IMG/VR virus record: IMGVR_UViG_3300021400_001748
Source: an uncultured virus (IMG/VR IMGVR_UViG_3300021400_001748)
Taxonomy: Duplodnaviria > Heunggongvirae > Uroviricota > Caudoviricetes
DNA: 64,000 nucleotides
Strand: one strand, 5' to 3'
The first letter of the stretch is position 1; each line of letters opens with the position of its first letter. This document shows positions 46,636 through 55,755 of the stretch, one piece after another. The position numbers and the translations under genes are program-made. Below the pieces are notes generated by a model. The model had not been told where the DNA came from, ran no database searches, and was given only the letters and a program-made list of their open reading frames with translations.

Positions 46636-46800
46636 AGATGCTTTTGAAGAGGGTACTATGACTTTGTTTTCTGATTAGCTATCCTGGGACTGCAGTAATG
46701 TCTCCCGCAATCCCTCGTTACGGCAGATCTCGGCCTAGCTATGGTCGTAAAAGTATCTCCTTTCTCGAACAAAGTTATAGTATTCTCTTCAAAAGCATCT
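46636..46800 (+). ncRNA. long stem-loop RNA element upstream of terS
   Basis: About 33-bp terminal stem whose deviations are G-U pairs; internal UCUCCUUUC. Confidence 0.45.
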
Positions 46801-46842
46801 ATAAACCAATACCAAACTATCCGAAACAGGAGGCAAACTTGT

Positions 46843-47172
46843 ATGAAACAAACCCCGTCTTCTGCAGGTCGTAGAAGAGATCGAGTTGCAACAACTCCTG
46901 AGGCGAGAGAGCAGCAGTTAATCGCCAAAGCGGAGCGACTTGCAGAGAAAAAACTCGAAGACGGAACTGCCTCTCCTCAGATTATTGTCCATTATCTACG
47001 ACTTGCAACTGAAAAAGAGCGACTTGATCGTGAAGCATTAAAAGCAGACGTCGCTTTGAAAGAAGCTAAGATCGAAGCATTGCAGTCTGCAGCTAAGATC
47101 GAGTCTTTGTATGAAGATGCAATGAGAATGTTCAAGAAATACCACGGCGAAGAGGATGAGGCTGATGGTTAG
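46843..47172 (+). CDS. putative terminase small subunit
   Basis: First gene after the cos candidate; helical; ATTPEAREQQLIA...GTASPQIIVHYLRL. Confidence 0.65.
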   Translation: MKQTPSSAGRRRDRVATTPEAREQQLIAKAERLAEKKLEDGTASPQIIVHYLRLATEKERLDREALKADVALKEAKIEALQSAAKIESLYEDAMRMFKKYHGEEDEADG

Positions 47173-47575
47173 AACTTATAGTGAACTAATCAAAATCCCA
47201 ACATTTCTTGAGAGGTTCAAATACTTGAAACTTAACGGAAGTGTTGGCGTTGATACATTTGGATTCGACCGATATTTGAATCAGACATTCTATAGATCAT
47301 ATGAGTGGAAGCGTCTACGAAACAATGTTATTGTACGTGACATGGGATGCGACCTAGGACTTGAAGGCTATGATATTTTTGACAAGATTCTAGTCCATCA
47401 TATGAATCCAATAGGACCTGATGACATTATACATAGATCCGATTACTTACTTGATCCTGAGTTCCTGATCTGTACATCGAAACTTACTCACGATGCAATC
47501 CACTACGGAGATGAACAGATACTCTATCAGGATCCAGTAATCCGAACTCCTGGCGACACTTGTCCTTGGAGATAA
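47165..47575 (+). CDS. HNH endonuclease (packaging-associated)
   Basis: RDMGCDLG, VHHMNP and THDAIHYG motifs. Confidence 0.85.
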   Translation: MVRTYSELIKIPTFLERFKYLKLNGSVGVDTFGFDRYLNQTFYRSYEWKRLRNNVIVRDMGCDLGLEGYDIFDKILVHHMNPIGPDDIIHRSDYLLDPEFLICTSKLTHDAIHYGDEQILYQDPVIRTPGDTCPWR

Positions 47576-47673
47576 CTATGCTGGGCCCAGCCTTCACTGC
47601 CATAGCTATAGATTTACGGATTTGTTACATCTTTGCAGTGAAGGTATAAAAAGAATAACATGGAGGCGTTATC

Positions 47674-48018
47674 ATGCTTGAAATTAAGGATGGCGTAATT
47701 ACTGTCACTCAAGGGGACACAATTGAAACGTCTCTTGAAATGTACATTGACGAGGAGATGGAAACACCATATGTTCCATCCTCTCTTGATCAGATTTGGT
47801 TTGCTGTGAAGGACAAAGATAGACCAAACGTCGAACCGATCTTTAGTGTTCAGATCCCTGTTGATACTATGATCCTTCGAGTCGAACATGAGGACACTGA
47901 GAAGTTGCCGTATAAGGATAAACCTTACTACTACGACGTTGAGCTGATCACTCCTGATGGAACTCATAAGACCTTCATTTCCAATCTTCTTTACTCTACG
48001 AGGGAGGTACATAAATGA
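47674..48018 (+). CDS. BppU-N-like structural protein
   Basis: ITVTQGDT..FAVK..YYYDVEL pattern. Confidence 0.55.
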   Translation: MLEIKDGVITVTQGDTIETSLEMYIDEEMETPYVPSSLDQIWFAVKDKDRPNVEPIFSVQIPVDTMILRVEHEDTEKLPYKDKPYYYDVELITPDGTHKTFISNLLYSTREVHK

Positions 48019-48866
48019 GCGTTGAACCTATTAAAGGCGTACTTTCCATTTATACGAATCCTCTCTACGGAACCTTAGCATCTGAATTACTTAGAGGCTA
48101 CTCTGCTTACAATATAGCAGTGATGGAAGGATATGAAGGCACAATTGATGAATGGCTTGAATCTCTTAAAGGTGAAAAAGGAGACAAAGGCGACGTTGGT
48201 GAAACCGGACCTCAAGGAGAGAAGGGCGATACAGGTCTTCCTGGATCTGACGGCGAAACTGGACCAAAAGGCGACAAGGGTGATAAAGGCGATACTGGCA
48301 ATGGCATTTATGCAGTTGTCTTAAGAGCTGACTATACACTTTCTATATACTTTACAGATGGTTCAGTTTACAATACACCATCCATCAGAGGACGAGAAGG
48401 AGCTGTAGGTCCAGCTGGTCCTGTTGGTCCACAAGGTGAGACTGGCGCAAAAGGCGATAAGGGTGACACTGGAGACGCTGGCGTTGGAATTTCCTCAATT
48501 GTTCAAAATGCCGACCATTCTTTAACGATTAATCTTGACAACGGTACTAGTTATACAACTGATCCAGTTGAAGCTTTAAAAGGAGACAAAGGCGATACTG
48601 GCAACGGTATCTCTTCGATAGTCATGAAGTCTGATTACACTCTTCAGATCAACATGACGAATGGTGCTTCTTACACTACACCTTCGATCCGTGGCGTTGC
48701 TGGCGCAAAAGGCGACAAAGGCGATCCAGGCGAGCTGACCTTTGAAGATAAGCCTGTGGATGCTTCTGCGTCTGGTTCACAAGGACAGGTAGCGTATGAT
48801 AGCAATTATCTGTATATCTGTGTGGAAACGAATACATGGAAACGAGTTGCACTTGAGACATGGTAA
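48015..48866 (+). CDS. collagen-like (Gly-X-Y) fibre protein
   Basis: GXY runs alternating with three copies of a G-I-x-x-I/V-V...D-Y/H-T/S-L module. Confidence 0.85.
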   Translation: MSVEPIKGVLSIYTNPLYGTLASELLRGYSAYNIAVMEGYEGTIDEWLESLKGEKGDKGDVGETGPQGEKGDTGLPGSDGETGPKGDKGDKGDTGNGIYAVVLRADYTLSIYFTDGSVYNTPSIRGREGAVGPAGPVGPQGETGAKGDKGDTGDAGVGISSIVQNADHSLTINLDNGTSYTTDPVEALKGDKGDTGNGISSIVMKSDYTLQINMTNGASYTTPSIRGVAGAKGDKGDPGELTFEDKPVDASASGSQGQVAYDSNYLYICVETNTWKRVALETW

Positions 48867-48892
48867 ACTAACTTAAATGGCGCATTAAATCA

Positions 48893-49067
48893 TACGCAGT
48901 GGCGGAATAGGTAGACGCTATGAAGTATACAGGTAGGCAGGAACTTCGGTTCAAATCCGGCTTGGCGTACATGTATTTACATGTGGTGGACGAAGTAGTC
49001 CTGGACGCAGAGGTTTATATCTAGGTGACATTCCTGCTATATAAGGTGCAAATCCTTATCTGCATAT
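48893..49067 (+). ncRNA. tRNA-like RNA with a large insertion in place of the anticodon/variable arm
   Basis: Acceptor TACGCAG/CTGCATA; Leu-type D arm TGGCGGAATAGGTAGACGC; T-like arm ATAAGG-TGCAAAT-CCTTAT. Confidence 0.6.
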
Positions 49068-49398
49068 GAGTTACAAATAAATTAACACTTTCTCCTTTCA
49101 CAAATTAACTTAATGATTCCTCAACACCTGTTGAGTTTCATAATTTTTCTCCTTTATTTAAGGCGACATTAGGGTTTGGCTCATGCTATATGAGTCAGGC
49201 CCTTTTGTTCGCTCCAAATGTGTATTTAACAGCGGCCTTGCTATTTGGTTATCCGCCTCCTTTCTTGATAGCTAAAATGGGTATTGGTTAATTGCTTTGC
49301 TGCTGCACGGGTTTCTTGTCAATTGTCATAGTCCAAGTAGCAAGGAAGCTGTTAAGTACACATTTACACAAACATCATATAGCAAAAGAGGTGATCTT

Positions 49399-49770
49399 AT
49401 GGACAGCATTCTAACATCCGTAAAAAAGAAGCTCGGGATCGAAGAAGAGTATGAGCACTTTGATGATGGTGACATTATCGACCACATTAACAGTGCCTTC
49501 TTTACTCTGAATCAGTTAGGAGTTGGTCCAGATAAGCCTTTTGTTATCGATGATGACTCTTACGTCTGGACTGACTTTGTTCCTGAAGGTGAAGCAGAAG
49601 CTGTGAAGTCTTATGTGGCTTTGTATGTGAAGCTTCTATTCGATCCTCCGTCGAGTTCCCATCTGGTTGAGAATATTAACCAGAAAATTCGGGAGCTTGA
49701 GTTTAGACTACTTGTTGATGCAGAGAAAGACAAACTCTACCCAGCTGACATGGGCGGAGTCTATATGTGA
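49399..49770 (+). CDS. putative head-tail connector protein
   Basis: MDSILTSVKK..HINSAF..L.QLGVG..VKLLFDPP..ELEFRL. Confidence 0.6.
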   Translation: MDSILTSVKKKLGIEEEYEHFDDGDIIDHINSAFFTLNQLGVGPDKPFVIDDDSYVWTDFVPEGEAEAVKSYVALYVKLLFDPPSSSHLVENINQKIRELEFRLLVDAEKDKLYPADMGGVYM

Positions 49771-49789
49771 TTAGTTGAGGTACTTCAAA

Positions 49790-51235
49790 ATGCGAGTAAT
49801 TGATGAACGTGGGCTTGTGTATGATTCACGATACATTTGCCATACTGCATTGTCGAATCAAAAGTATGCTATTCCTAACCTAAAGAAGTATCCATTACCA
49901 GACAAAGCTCATGTGAAGTCAGCTATAAAGTTTTTTAATTATGTATCGCCTAGATATGAGAAGACTTTGGCTTATGCAATTCTTAAACGAATGGATGAAT
50001 ATGGCATGAGTTTTGATGATATGACCATTGGCGATGAGAATAGATTTAAGAAATACATTCCAAAGAGAGAATATCTTGCTCATCATGGCATAAAAGGGAT
50101 GCACTGGTATGTTCGTAGATACCAGCCATATCCTGGAGATTACCGAGGCGAAGGTAAATACGTCGGTAAGAGAAGTTTAGCAGAAGGTGCCTCAAATGCA
50201 GTAAGATCTGTAGGCAGAGGCGTTAAGAAAGCCGCTAAATGGACTGCTAACAAAGTCATGATGTCCAAGAAGTTTCCGAGTGCTCTTCTTAGTGATGAAG
50301 CTCTTGCTAGAAAGACTGAGAGATACAGAGCTGTAAATGCCCTTAATCTTGAAATGGGTAAGAGAACTGGACAGCAGCAACTTGCAGCTAGATCTGAAAG
50401 AGAAAGGCTTAAAAGAGATGCTGCTAGGCAAGTGGTGTTCAATACACTGCAGGCTGTAGGCACTCAGGCACTTGCAAATTACGTCAAGACTAAGATGCAG
50501 AATAGAGCCAACCTTACAGATAAGATGCAGAATGACATCTATAAAGATTCCAGAGAGCGTGGAATGACAGCTCTTGAATCGATGACAAATGCCAAGAACA
50601 AAGAGTTCATTATTCCGAAAAAGAAGGATGATAGTCTTGATGGTCTTTCGAATCCTGTTAAGAATCAGATGATGAAGGACATCTATGATAAAGCTAAAGA
50701 AGCTGGCTATGGTGCCAAAGATGCTGCTAGATTTGCTGCGAAGATGGATGATAGCTTTACAAAGAGAAGTAACACTTCTACATCCGATTATAGAGATGTA
50801 ACGAATGATACAGGTCCGTCTAGATCGTCTGACTATAGAGATGTAACAAATGAACCAAGTTCAACTAAGACATCATTTGTCACAAAGAATGATAAGCTTA
50901 AAGGCATACTCGATTATGCAAAGAGCGTCGAAGTAAGCGATTCAGGGTATAAGATCTTTACAGGTCCGAAAGCAGATCGCAAAACTGCAAAGTCCGTGAC
51001 GTTTGATAATTACGACGGATCTGATTTCGTTAAACTGGTTAAGCCAAAACTAACAGGCGCTGCTAGAGAAGCCCATGCTTATAAGATGTTCAAAGAAGCA
51101 AAAGCTAACTGGTATAAGTCTAGTGGATCAGGTACGAGAATTGTAGGAGATACAATTATCTATTCGGATGGATCTCGTGGAAGTCTTAAAGAATTGTTCA
51201 ATAGCAATAAGTCATTCTGGCTTGGGCAGGATTAA
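49790..51235 (+). CDS. HHGIKG-motif (DUF7211-like) protein with DUF6582-like N-terminal domain
   Basis: [36 protein letters not shown]; internal SDYRDVTN duplication. Confidence 0.75.
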   Translation: MRVIDERGLVYDSRYICHTALSNQKYAIPNLKKYPLPDKAHVKSAIKFFNYVSPRYEKTLAYAILKRMDEYGMSFDDMTIGDENRFKKYIPKREYLAHHGIKGMHWYVRRYQPYPGDYRGEGKYVGKRSLAEGASNAVRSVGRGVKKAAKWTANKVMMSKKFPSALLSDEALARKTERYRAVNALNLEMGKRTGQQQLAARSERERLKRDAARQVVFNTLQAVGTQALANYVKTKMQNRANLTDKMQNDIYKDSRERGMTALESMTNAKNKEFIIPKKKDDSLDGLSNPVKNQMMKDIYDKAKEAGYGAKDAARFAAKMDDSFTKRSNTSTSDYRDVTNDTGPSRSSDYRDVTNEPSSTKTSFVTKNDKLKGILDYAKSVEVSDSGYKIFTGPKADRKTAKSVTFDNYDGSDFVKLVKPKLTGAAREAHAYKMFKEAKANWYKSSGSGTRIVGDTIIYSDGSRGSLKELFNSNKSFWLGQD

Positions 51236-52980
51236 TGTCTCTCTCCAACACCGCAACCCCGAAATATTACGGCCAGTTCCGGGACGCAGTAATACGCGGC
51301 GAAATACCGGTATGTGAGACTATTGAGATGGAGATGAATAGGATTGATGCTCTTATTCGTTCTCCTATTTACTATTACGATGATAACGCTGTTGAAGGAT
51401 ACATTTCATACTGTGAGAATGAATTAACGCTTACAGATGGATCTGACATGTTCCTCCTCGATAGCTTCAAACTTTGGGCAGAAGAGATATTTGGCTGGTA
51501 CTACTTTGTTGAAAAGTCAGTATACGTGCCAGGTAAGAATGGAGAGCCAGGGAGATATGTTCGAAAGACTGTTAAGAAGAGATTAACTTTGAAACAGATT
51601 CTTATCGTAGGACGAGGAGCCTCCAAGTCGACTTACTGCTCAACGATTCATAGTCACTATTTAAATGTTGACACGTCTACCACACATCAGATAGCTACTG
51701 CTCCAACTATGAAGCAGGCAGAAGAAGTATTATCCCCAATTCGTACAAGCATCATTAGATCACGTGGACCATATTTCAAATTCTTAACGGCTGGATCTAT
51801 TCACAATACGACTGGATCAGCTGCTAATAGAGTTCACTTGGCTTCAACTAAGAAAGGCATTGAGAATTTCTTCACTGGATCGTTGCTTGAAATTAGGCCT
51901 ATGAGCATAGATAAGCTTCAGGGTCTAAAAGTGAAAGTTGCATCAGTTGATGAGTGGCTTTCCGGTGATATTCGTGAAGATGTTATCGGTGCTATTGAGC
52001 AGGGTGCATCTAAGAATCCTGATTATCTCATCTTAGCTACAAGTTCAGAAGGCACTGTACGAAATGGACCTGGCGATACTGTAAAGATGGAGATCATGGA
52101 CATTCTTAAAGGTAAGTACATGAATCCGCATGTATCTATTTGGTACTACAAGCTTGATGATGTGAAGGAAGTTGCTAATCCAGACATGTGGGTTAAAGCA
52201 AATCCTAATATTGGTAAGACAGTTTCTTATGAAGCTTATCAGATGGATGTTGATAAGGCTGAACACAATCCATCAGCAAGAAATGACATTCTGGCTAAGA
52301 GATTTGGTATTCCGTCAGAAGGCTATACGTACTTCTTTACTTACGAAGAGACACTATGTCATCCGAAGAAAGAGTATTGGCAGATGCCATGCTCTATGGG
52401 TGCTGACCTTTCTCGTGGTGATGACTTCTGTGCTTTCACTTTTCTATTTCCTCTGCCTTATGAGAAATTCGGAGTTAAAGTTCGTTCTTACATTACTTCT
52501 AATACTCTACATAAACTCCCAGGTGCAATGCGATTTAAATACGATGAATTCATTGAAGAGGGCAGCCTTATAGTTCTTGAAGGTACTGTACTTGATATGA
52601 ATGAAGTTTATGAAGATCTTGAGAAGCATTATCTTGCATTCGACTACGACATCAGATCGTTTGGATTTGACCCGTATAATGCTCGTGAGTTTGTACAGAG
52701 ATGGGAAGCTGAGAATGGACCGTTTGGAATTGAGAAAGTAATTCAGGGAGCTAAGACCGAATCTGTACCACTTGGCGAATTAAAGAAACTTGCTGAAGAC
52801 AGATGCCTTCTGTTTGATGAGAAGCTTATGGAGTTCTGCATGGGTAACTGTATAACTCTTGAAGATACAAACGGCAACAGGAAACTCCTTAAGCGTCGCC
52901 ATGACCAGAAGATTGATAATGTGTCAGCTCTTATGGATGCATTCATAGCCTATAAGCTTAATAAAGATTTGTTTGATTGA
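51235..52980 (+). CDS. terL: terminase large subunit
   Basis: VGRGASKS Walker A, VDEW Walker B, GADLSRGDD, FDPYNA and KIDNVSALMDA motifs. Confidence 0.93.
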   Translation: MSLSNTATPKYYGQFRDAVIRGEIPVCETIEMEMNRIDALIRSPIYYYDDNAVEGYISYCENELTLTDGSDMFLLDSFKLWAEEIFGWYYFVEKSVYVPGKNGEPGRYVRKTVKKRLTLKQILIVGRGASKSTYCSTIHSHYLNVDTSTTHQIATAPTMKQAEEVLSPIRTSIIRSRGPYFKFLTAGSIHNTTGSAANRVHLASTKKGIENFFTGSLLEIRPMSIDKLQGLKVKVASVDEWLSGDIREDVIGAIEQGASKNPDYLILATSSEGTVRNGPGDTVKMEIMDILKGKYMNPHVSIWYYKLDDVKEVANPDMWVKANPNIGKTVSYEAYQMDVDKAEHNPSARNDILAKRFGIPSEGYTYFFTYEETLCHPKKEYWQMPCSMGADLSRGDDFCAFTFLFPLPYEKFGVKVRSYITSNTLHKLPGAMRFKYDEFIEEGSLIVLEGTVLDMNEVYEDLEKHYLAFDYDIRSFGFDPYNAREFVQRWEAENGPFGIEKVIQGAKTESVPLGELKKLAEDRCLLFDEKLMEFCMGNCITLEDTNGNRKLLKRRHDQKIDNVSALMDAFIAYKLNKDLFD

Positions 52981-52991
52981 GGGCATTCAAA

Positions 52992-53678
52992 ATGCGAATA
53001 ATTTGTAGTAATGGCCTTGTCTATGACAGCAATGATTACTTGTCACATCATGGAATACAAGGTCAAAAGTGGGGTAAGAAGAATGGACCTCCATATCCAT
53101 TGTCTGCAGGTGCACATTCCGCTGCTGAGAAGAAAGCAGGATGGAGAGACAGTCTTAATTCTTCTGGTAGCAAAGCTCAAGGTCGTAAGAAGTCTGTTTC
53201 TAAGCAGGGAAGGGTCAATAAGGCTGTTAGTGCACTTAAAAAGAAAATTCAAGATATATCTCCAGAGAAGAAAGAAAAGGCTAAAAGAATAGCAAAAACA
53301 GCTCTTAAAGTTGCTGGCGGTGTTGCAATAGCTGGACTCGTTGGATACGGTGCGGCTAAATATATTGTAAACCCTATGATGTACAATAAGCTTCGCAACG
53401 ATTTTATTCAAAAGGCAGTAAAAGCCCACAAGCTTGATATAGTAAGGCAGGCTTCTGAAAATGACTTTTTACGGTTAACTGGAAGAGGAAGAGCTTCTGA
53501 GAGTATGCTTGATTATCTTCAGGAAAGGGCAATTAAGAATTTTAATAGATGGAATGATGCAGATTTTGTCAAGAGAAAGGCTGGAAACGTATTGAAGGCT
53601 TATGCTCCTGGGCATGGAAGTGACTTGGTGAAATTCAGAAGACAAATTGATCACATTAGGTATCTTATGGGTAAATAA
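52992..53678 (+). CDS. HHGIQG-motif (DUF7211-like) basic protein
   Basis: YLSHHGIQGQKWGKKNGPPYPL. Confidence 0.75.
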   Translation: MRIICSNGLVYDSNDYLSHHGIQGQKWGKKNGPPYPLSAGAHSAAEKKAGWRDSLNSSGSKAQGRKKSVSKQGRVNKAVSALKKKIQDISPEKKEKAKRIAKTALKVAGGVAIAGLVGYGAAKYIVNPMMYNKLRNDFIQKAVKAHKLDIVRQASENDFLRLTGRGRASESMLDYLQERAIKNFNRWNDADFVKRKAGNVLKAYAPGHGSDLVKFRRQIDHIRYLMGK

Positions 53679-53695
53679 ATTAACGGTGATGAAAA

Positions 53696-54442
53696 ATGAG
53701 AATAATTGCTAATAATGGTTTGGTTTATGACAGTACTGATTATTCGTACTATTTAGCACATCATGGAATTCAAGGACAGAAATGGGGAAAGCAGAATGGA
53801 CCGCCTTATCCATTAGCTCCTAGTGCTCACAGTCAGGCAGAAAAGAGACTTCGTTTGGTCAATGAAGGACAGCTCGATTCTTGGAAGGATGAACAGGCTG
53901 TAAAGGTAAACAAAAAGTACGATAAGAAGATCACACGTATTCAGAAAAAAGTAGATAAGAATGCAAGAAGTCTCGAAGCTGCAAAAGAAATGGGTGCCAG
54001 TGATAAGGCTTTAGCAAAGAAACAGGCTAAAGTTCAGAGGCTAGTCGAAAAGAGCATAAAGACTAAAGCGATGAAAGCCCTTGAAAATGAAGCATTAGCC
54101 AAGATGAACATTGACGATGTCAATGACGAAGAGGCTAAGGTCGTAAAAGCATATGTCAGAGATGCTTTACTTACCGTCGGATCTATGGCATTAGCTTCTC
54201 ATGGAGTTATTCCTTTCTATATTATCTCTGTTCCGGATACAAAAAGGATACGTCAAGACAGCAGAATGAACATGCTGAATGCTAAGCAGAAGCAAGGCAT
54301 GTCTAATCTTAAATCCGATAAGAATGTTGCATTTGTAGCTAATCGAGCAAAAGGTATGAGAACAAGCGGACTTTCTTATGCACAGATTGCTAGAAAGCTT
54401 GGTATACCGTTAAGCTCCGTATCCTATTACTTGAGTCTGTAA
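53696..54442 (+). CDS. HHGIQG-motif (DUF7211-like) protein with a C-terminal HTH
   Basis: YLAHHGIQGQKWGKQNGPPYPL; GLSYAQIARKLGIPLSSVSYYL. Confidence 0.75.
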   Translation: MRIIANNGLVYDSTDYSYYLAHHGIQGQKWGKQNGPPYPLAPSAHSQAEKRLRLVNEGQLDSWKDEQAVKVNKKYDKKITRIQKKVDKNARSLEAAKEMGASDKALAKKQAKVQRLVEKSIKTKAMKALENEALAKMNIDDVNDEEAKVVKAYVRDALLTVGSMALASHGVIPFYIISVPDTKRIRQDSRMNMLNAKQKQGMSNLKSDKNVAFVANRAKGMRTSGLSYAQIARKLGIPLSSVSYYLSL

Positions 54443-54462
54443 AACATTGAGGTAACTTCAAA

Positions 54463-55740
54463 ATGCCATATAATTTAACAGATAGATTAAAGAATGCCTG
54501 GAATGCATTCACCTCCAGGGATCCCACCACGAGATATCCTGGAGAGTTTTATGGATCTGCTTACAGGCCTGATCGAAAACGAAGCTTCGTAACGAATGAC
54601 GGTAACATCATCACAATGATTGAAAACCGTATTGCTGTTGACGTAGCTCAGGTTGATATCAGGCATGTTAAGAAAGATAAAGATGGAAACTATAAAGAAG
54701 ACATGGATACAAAAGGGAATCTAAATTTCCTATTTCAAGTCAGTGCCAACTTAGATCAAACAGGAAGAGCTTTCTTCCAGGATGCTGCTATGAGCCTTCT
54801 AGATGAAGGATGTATAGCACTTGTTCCGATTGATACGGACATTAATCCTGAAGATGGCTCTTTTTCTATTGAATCAATTCGAGTTGGCCAGATTCTTGAA
54901 TGGTTTCCAGCTCATATAAGAACACTTGTTTACAACGAGAAAACTGGCAGACGAGAAGAGCTAATTGTTCCTAAAGCTACTACTGCAATCATAGAGAATC
55001 CGTTCTACTCAATCATGAATTCTCCTAACTCTACTTTGCAGAGACTTATTAGAACGCTTAGGACTCTTGACGTTGTCAATGAGGCTAATGCTTCAGGTAA
55101 GATGGATTTGATTATTCAGCTTCCCTATTCTTTGAAGTCGCCTCTTAAGCAACAGCAAGCCGAAGCTCGTCGTAAACAGGTTGAGATGCAGTTGGTTGGA
55201 TCTAAGTATGGGATTGCGTACATCGATGCAGCTGAACACATTACACAGCTTAATAGACCGCTTGAGAACAACTTATGGAAAGAAGCACAAGACCTAACGG
55301 CAATGCTATACAACCAGCTTGGACTCACTCAGTCTATCTTTGATGGTACTGCGTCAGACTCACAGATGACCAATTACTATAACCGTACCATTGAGCCGAT
55401 TCTTGCCGCCATTACAGAAGAAATGGAAAGGAAGTTCTTAACCAGAACAGCCATTTCTCAGCATCAGGCGATCATCTACATTAGAGATCCGTTTAAGTTA
55501 ACAACTGTCACTGACATAGCCAATATTGCTCAGACATTTACTCAGAACGAAGTTATGTCCTCGAATGAGATTAGAGCAAAGATTGGCCTTAAACCTGTTA
55601 ATACTGCAAGAGCTAATGAGCTGATTAATAAGAACATCAATAAGATCGGTGAATCGCCACTTCCAAAAGGGAATGACGAGATGCCTACCGAAGATGCTAT
55701 GGCGGCACCAGAAGCTCCTGAAGTAAACAATACAGAATGA
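54463..55740 (+). CDS. portal protein (HK97-like)
   Basis: Position after terL; NRIAVDVA, TIEPIL and SSNEIRAKIGL motifs. Confidence 0.88.
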   Translation: MPYNLTDRLKNAWNAFTSRDPTTRYPGEFYGSAYRPDRKRSFVTNDGNIITMIENRIAVDVAQVDIRHVKKDKDGNYKEDMDTKGNLNFLFQVSANLDQTGRAFFQDAAMSLLDEGCIALVPIDTDINPEDGSFSIESIRVGQILEWFPAHIRTLVYNEKTGRREELIVPKATTAIIENPFYSIMNSPNSTLQRLIRTLRTLDVVNEANASGKMDLIIQLPYSLKSPLKQQQAEARRKQVEMQLVGSKYGIAYIDAAEHITQLNRPLENNLWKEAQDLTAMLYNQLGLTQSIFDGTASDSQMTNYYNRTIEPILAAITEEMERKFLTRTAISQHQAIIYIRDPFKLTTVTDIANIAQTFTQNEVMSSNEIRAKIGLKPVNTARANELINKNINKIGESPLPKGNDEMPTEDAMAAPEAPEVNNTE

Positions 55741-55755
55741 AAGGAATAATTCAAA

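Noticed and set aside
47579..47644. Intergenic inverted repeat CCTTCACTGC/GCAGTGAAGG
   Set aside because: A single hairpin with no T tract or further support; function cannot be assigned
48893..48975. Canonical tRNA using the internal GGTTCAAATCC as its T arm
   Set aside because: I could not form a convincing anticodon stem or acceptor pairing; reported as a tRNA-like RNA instead
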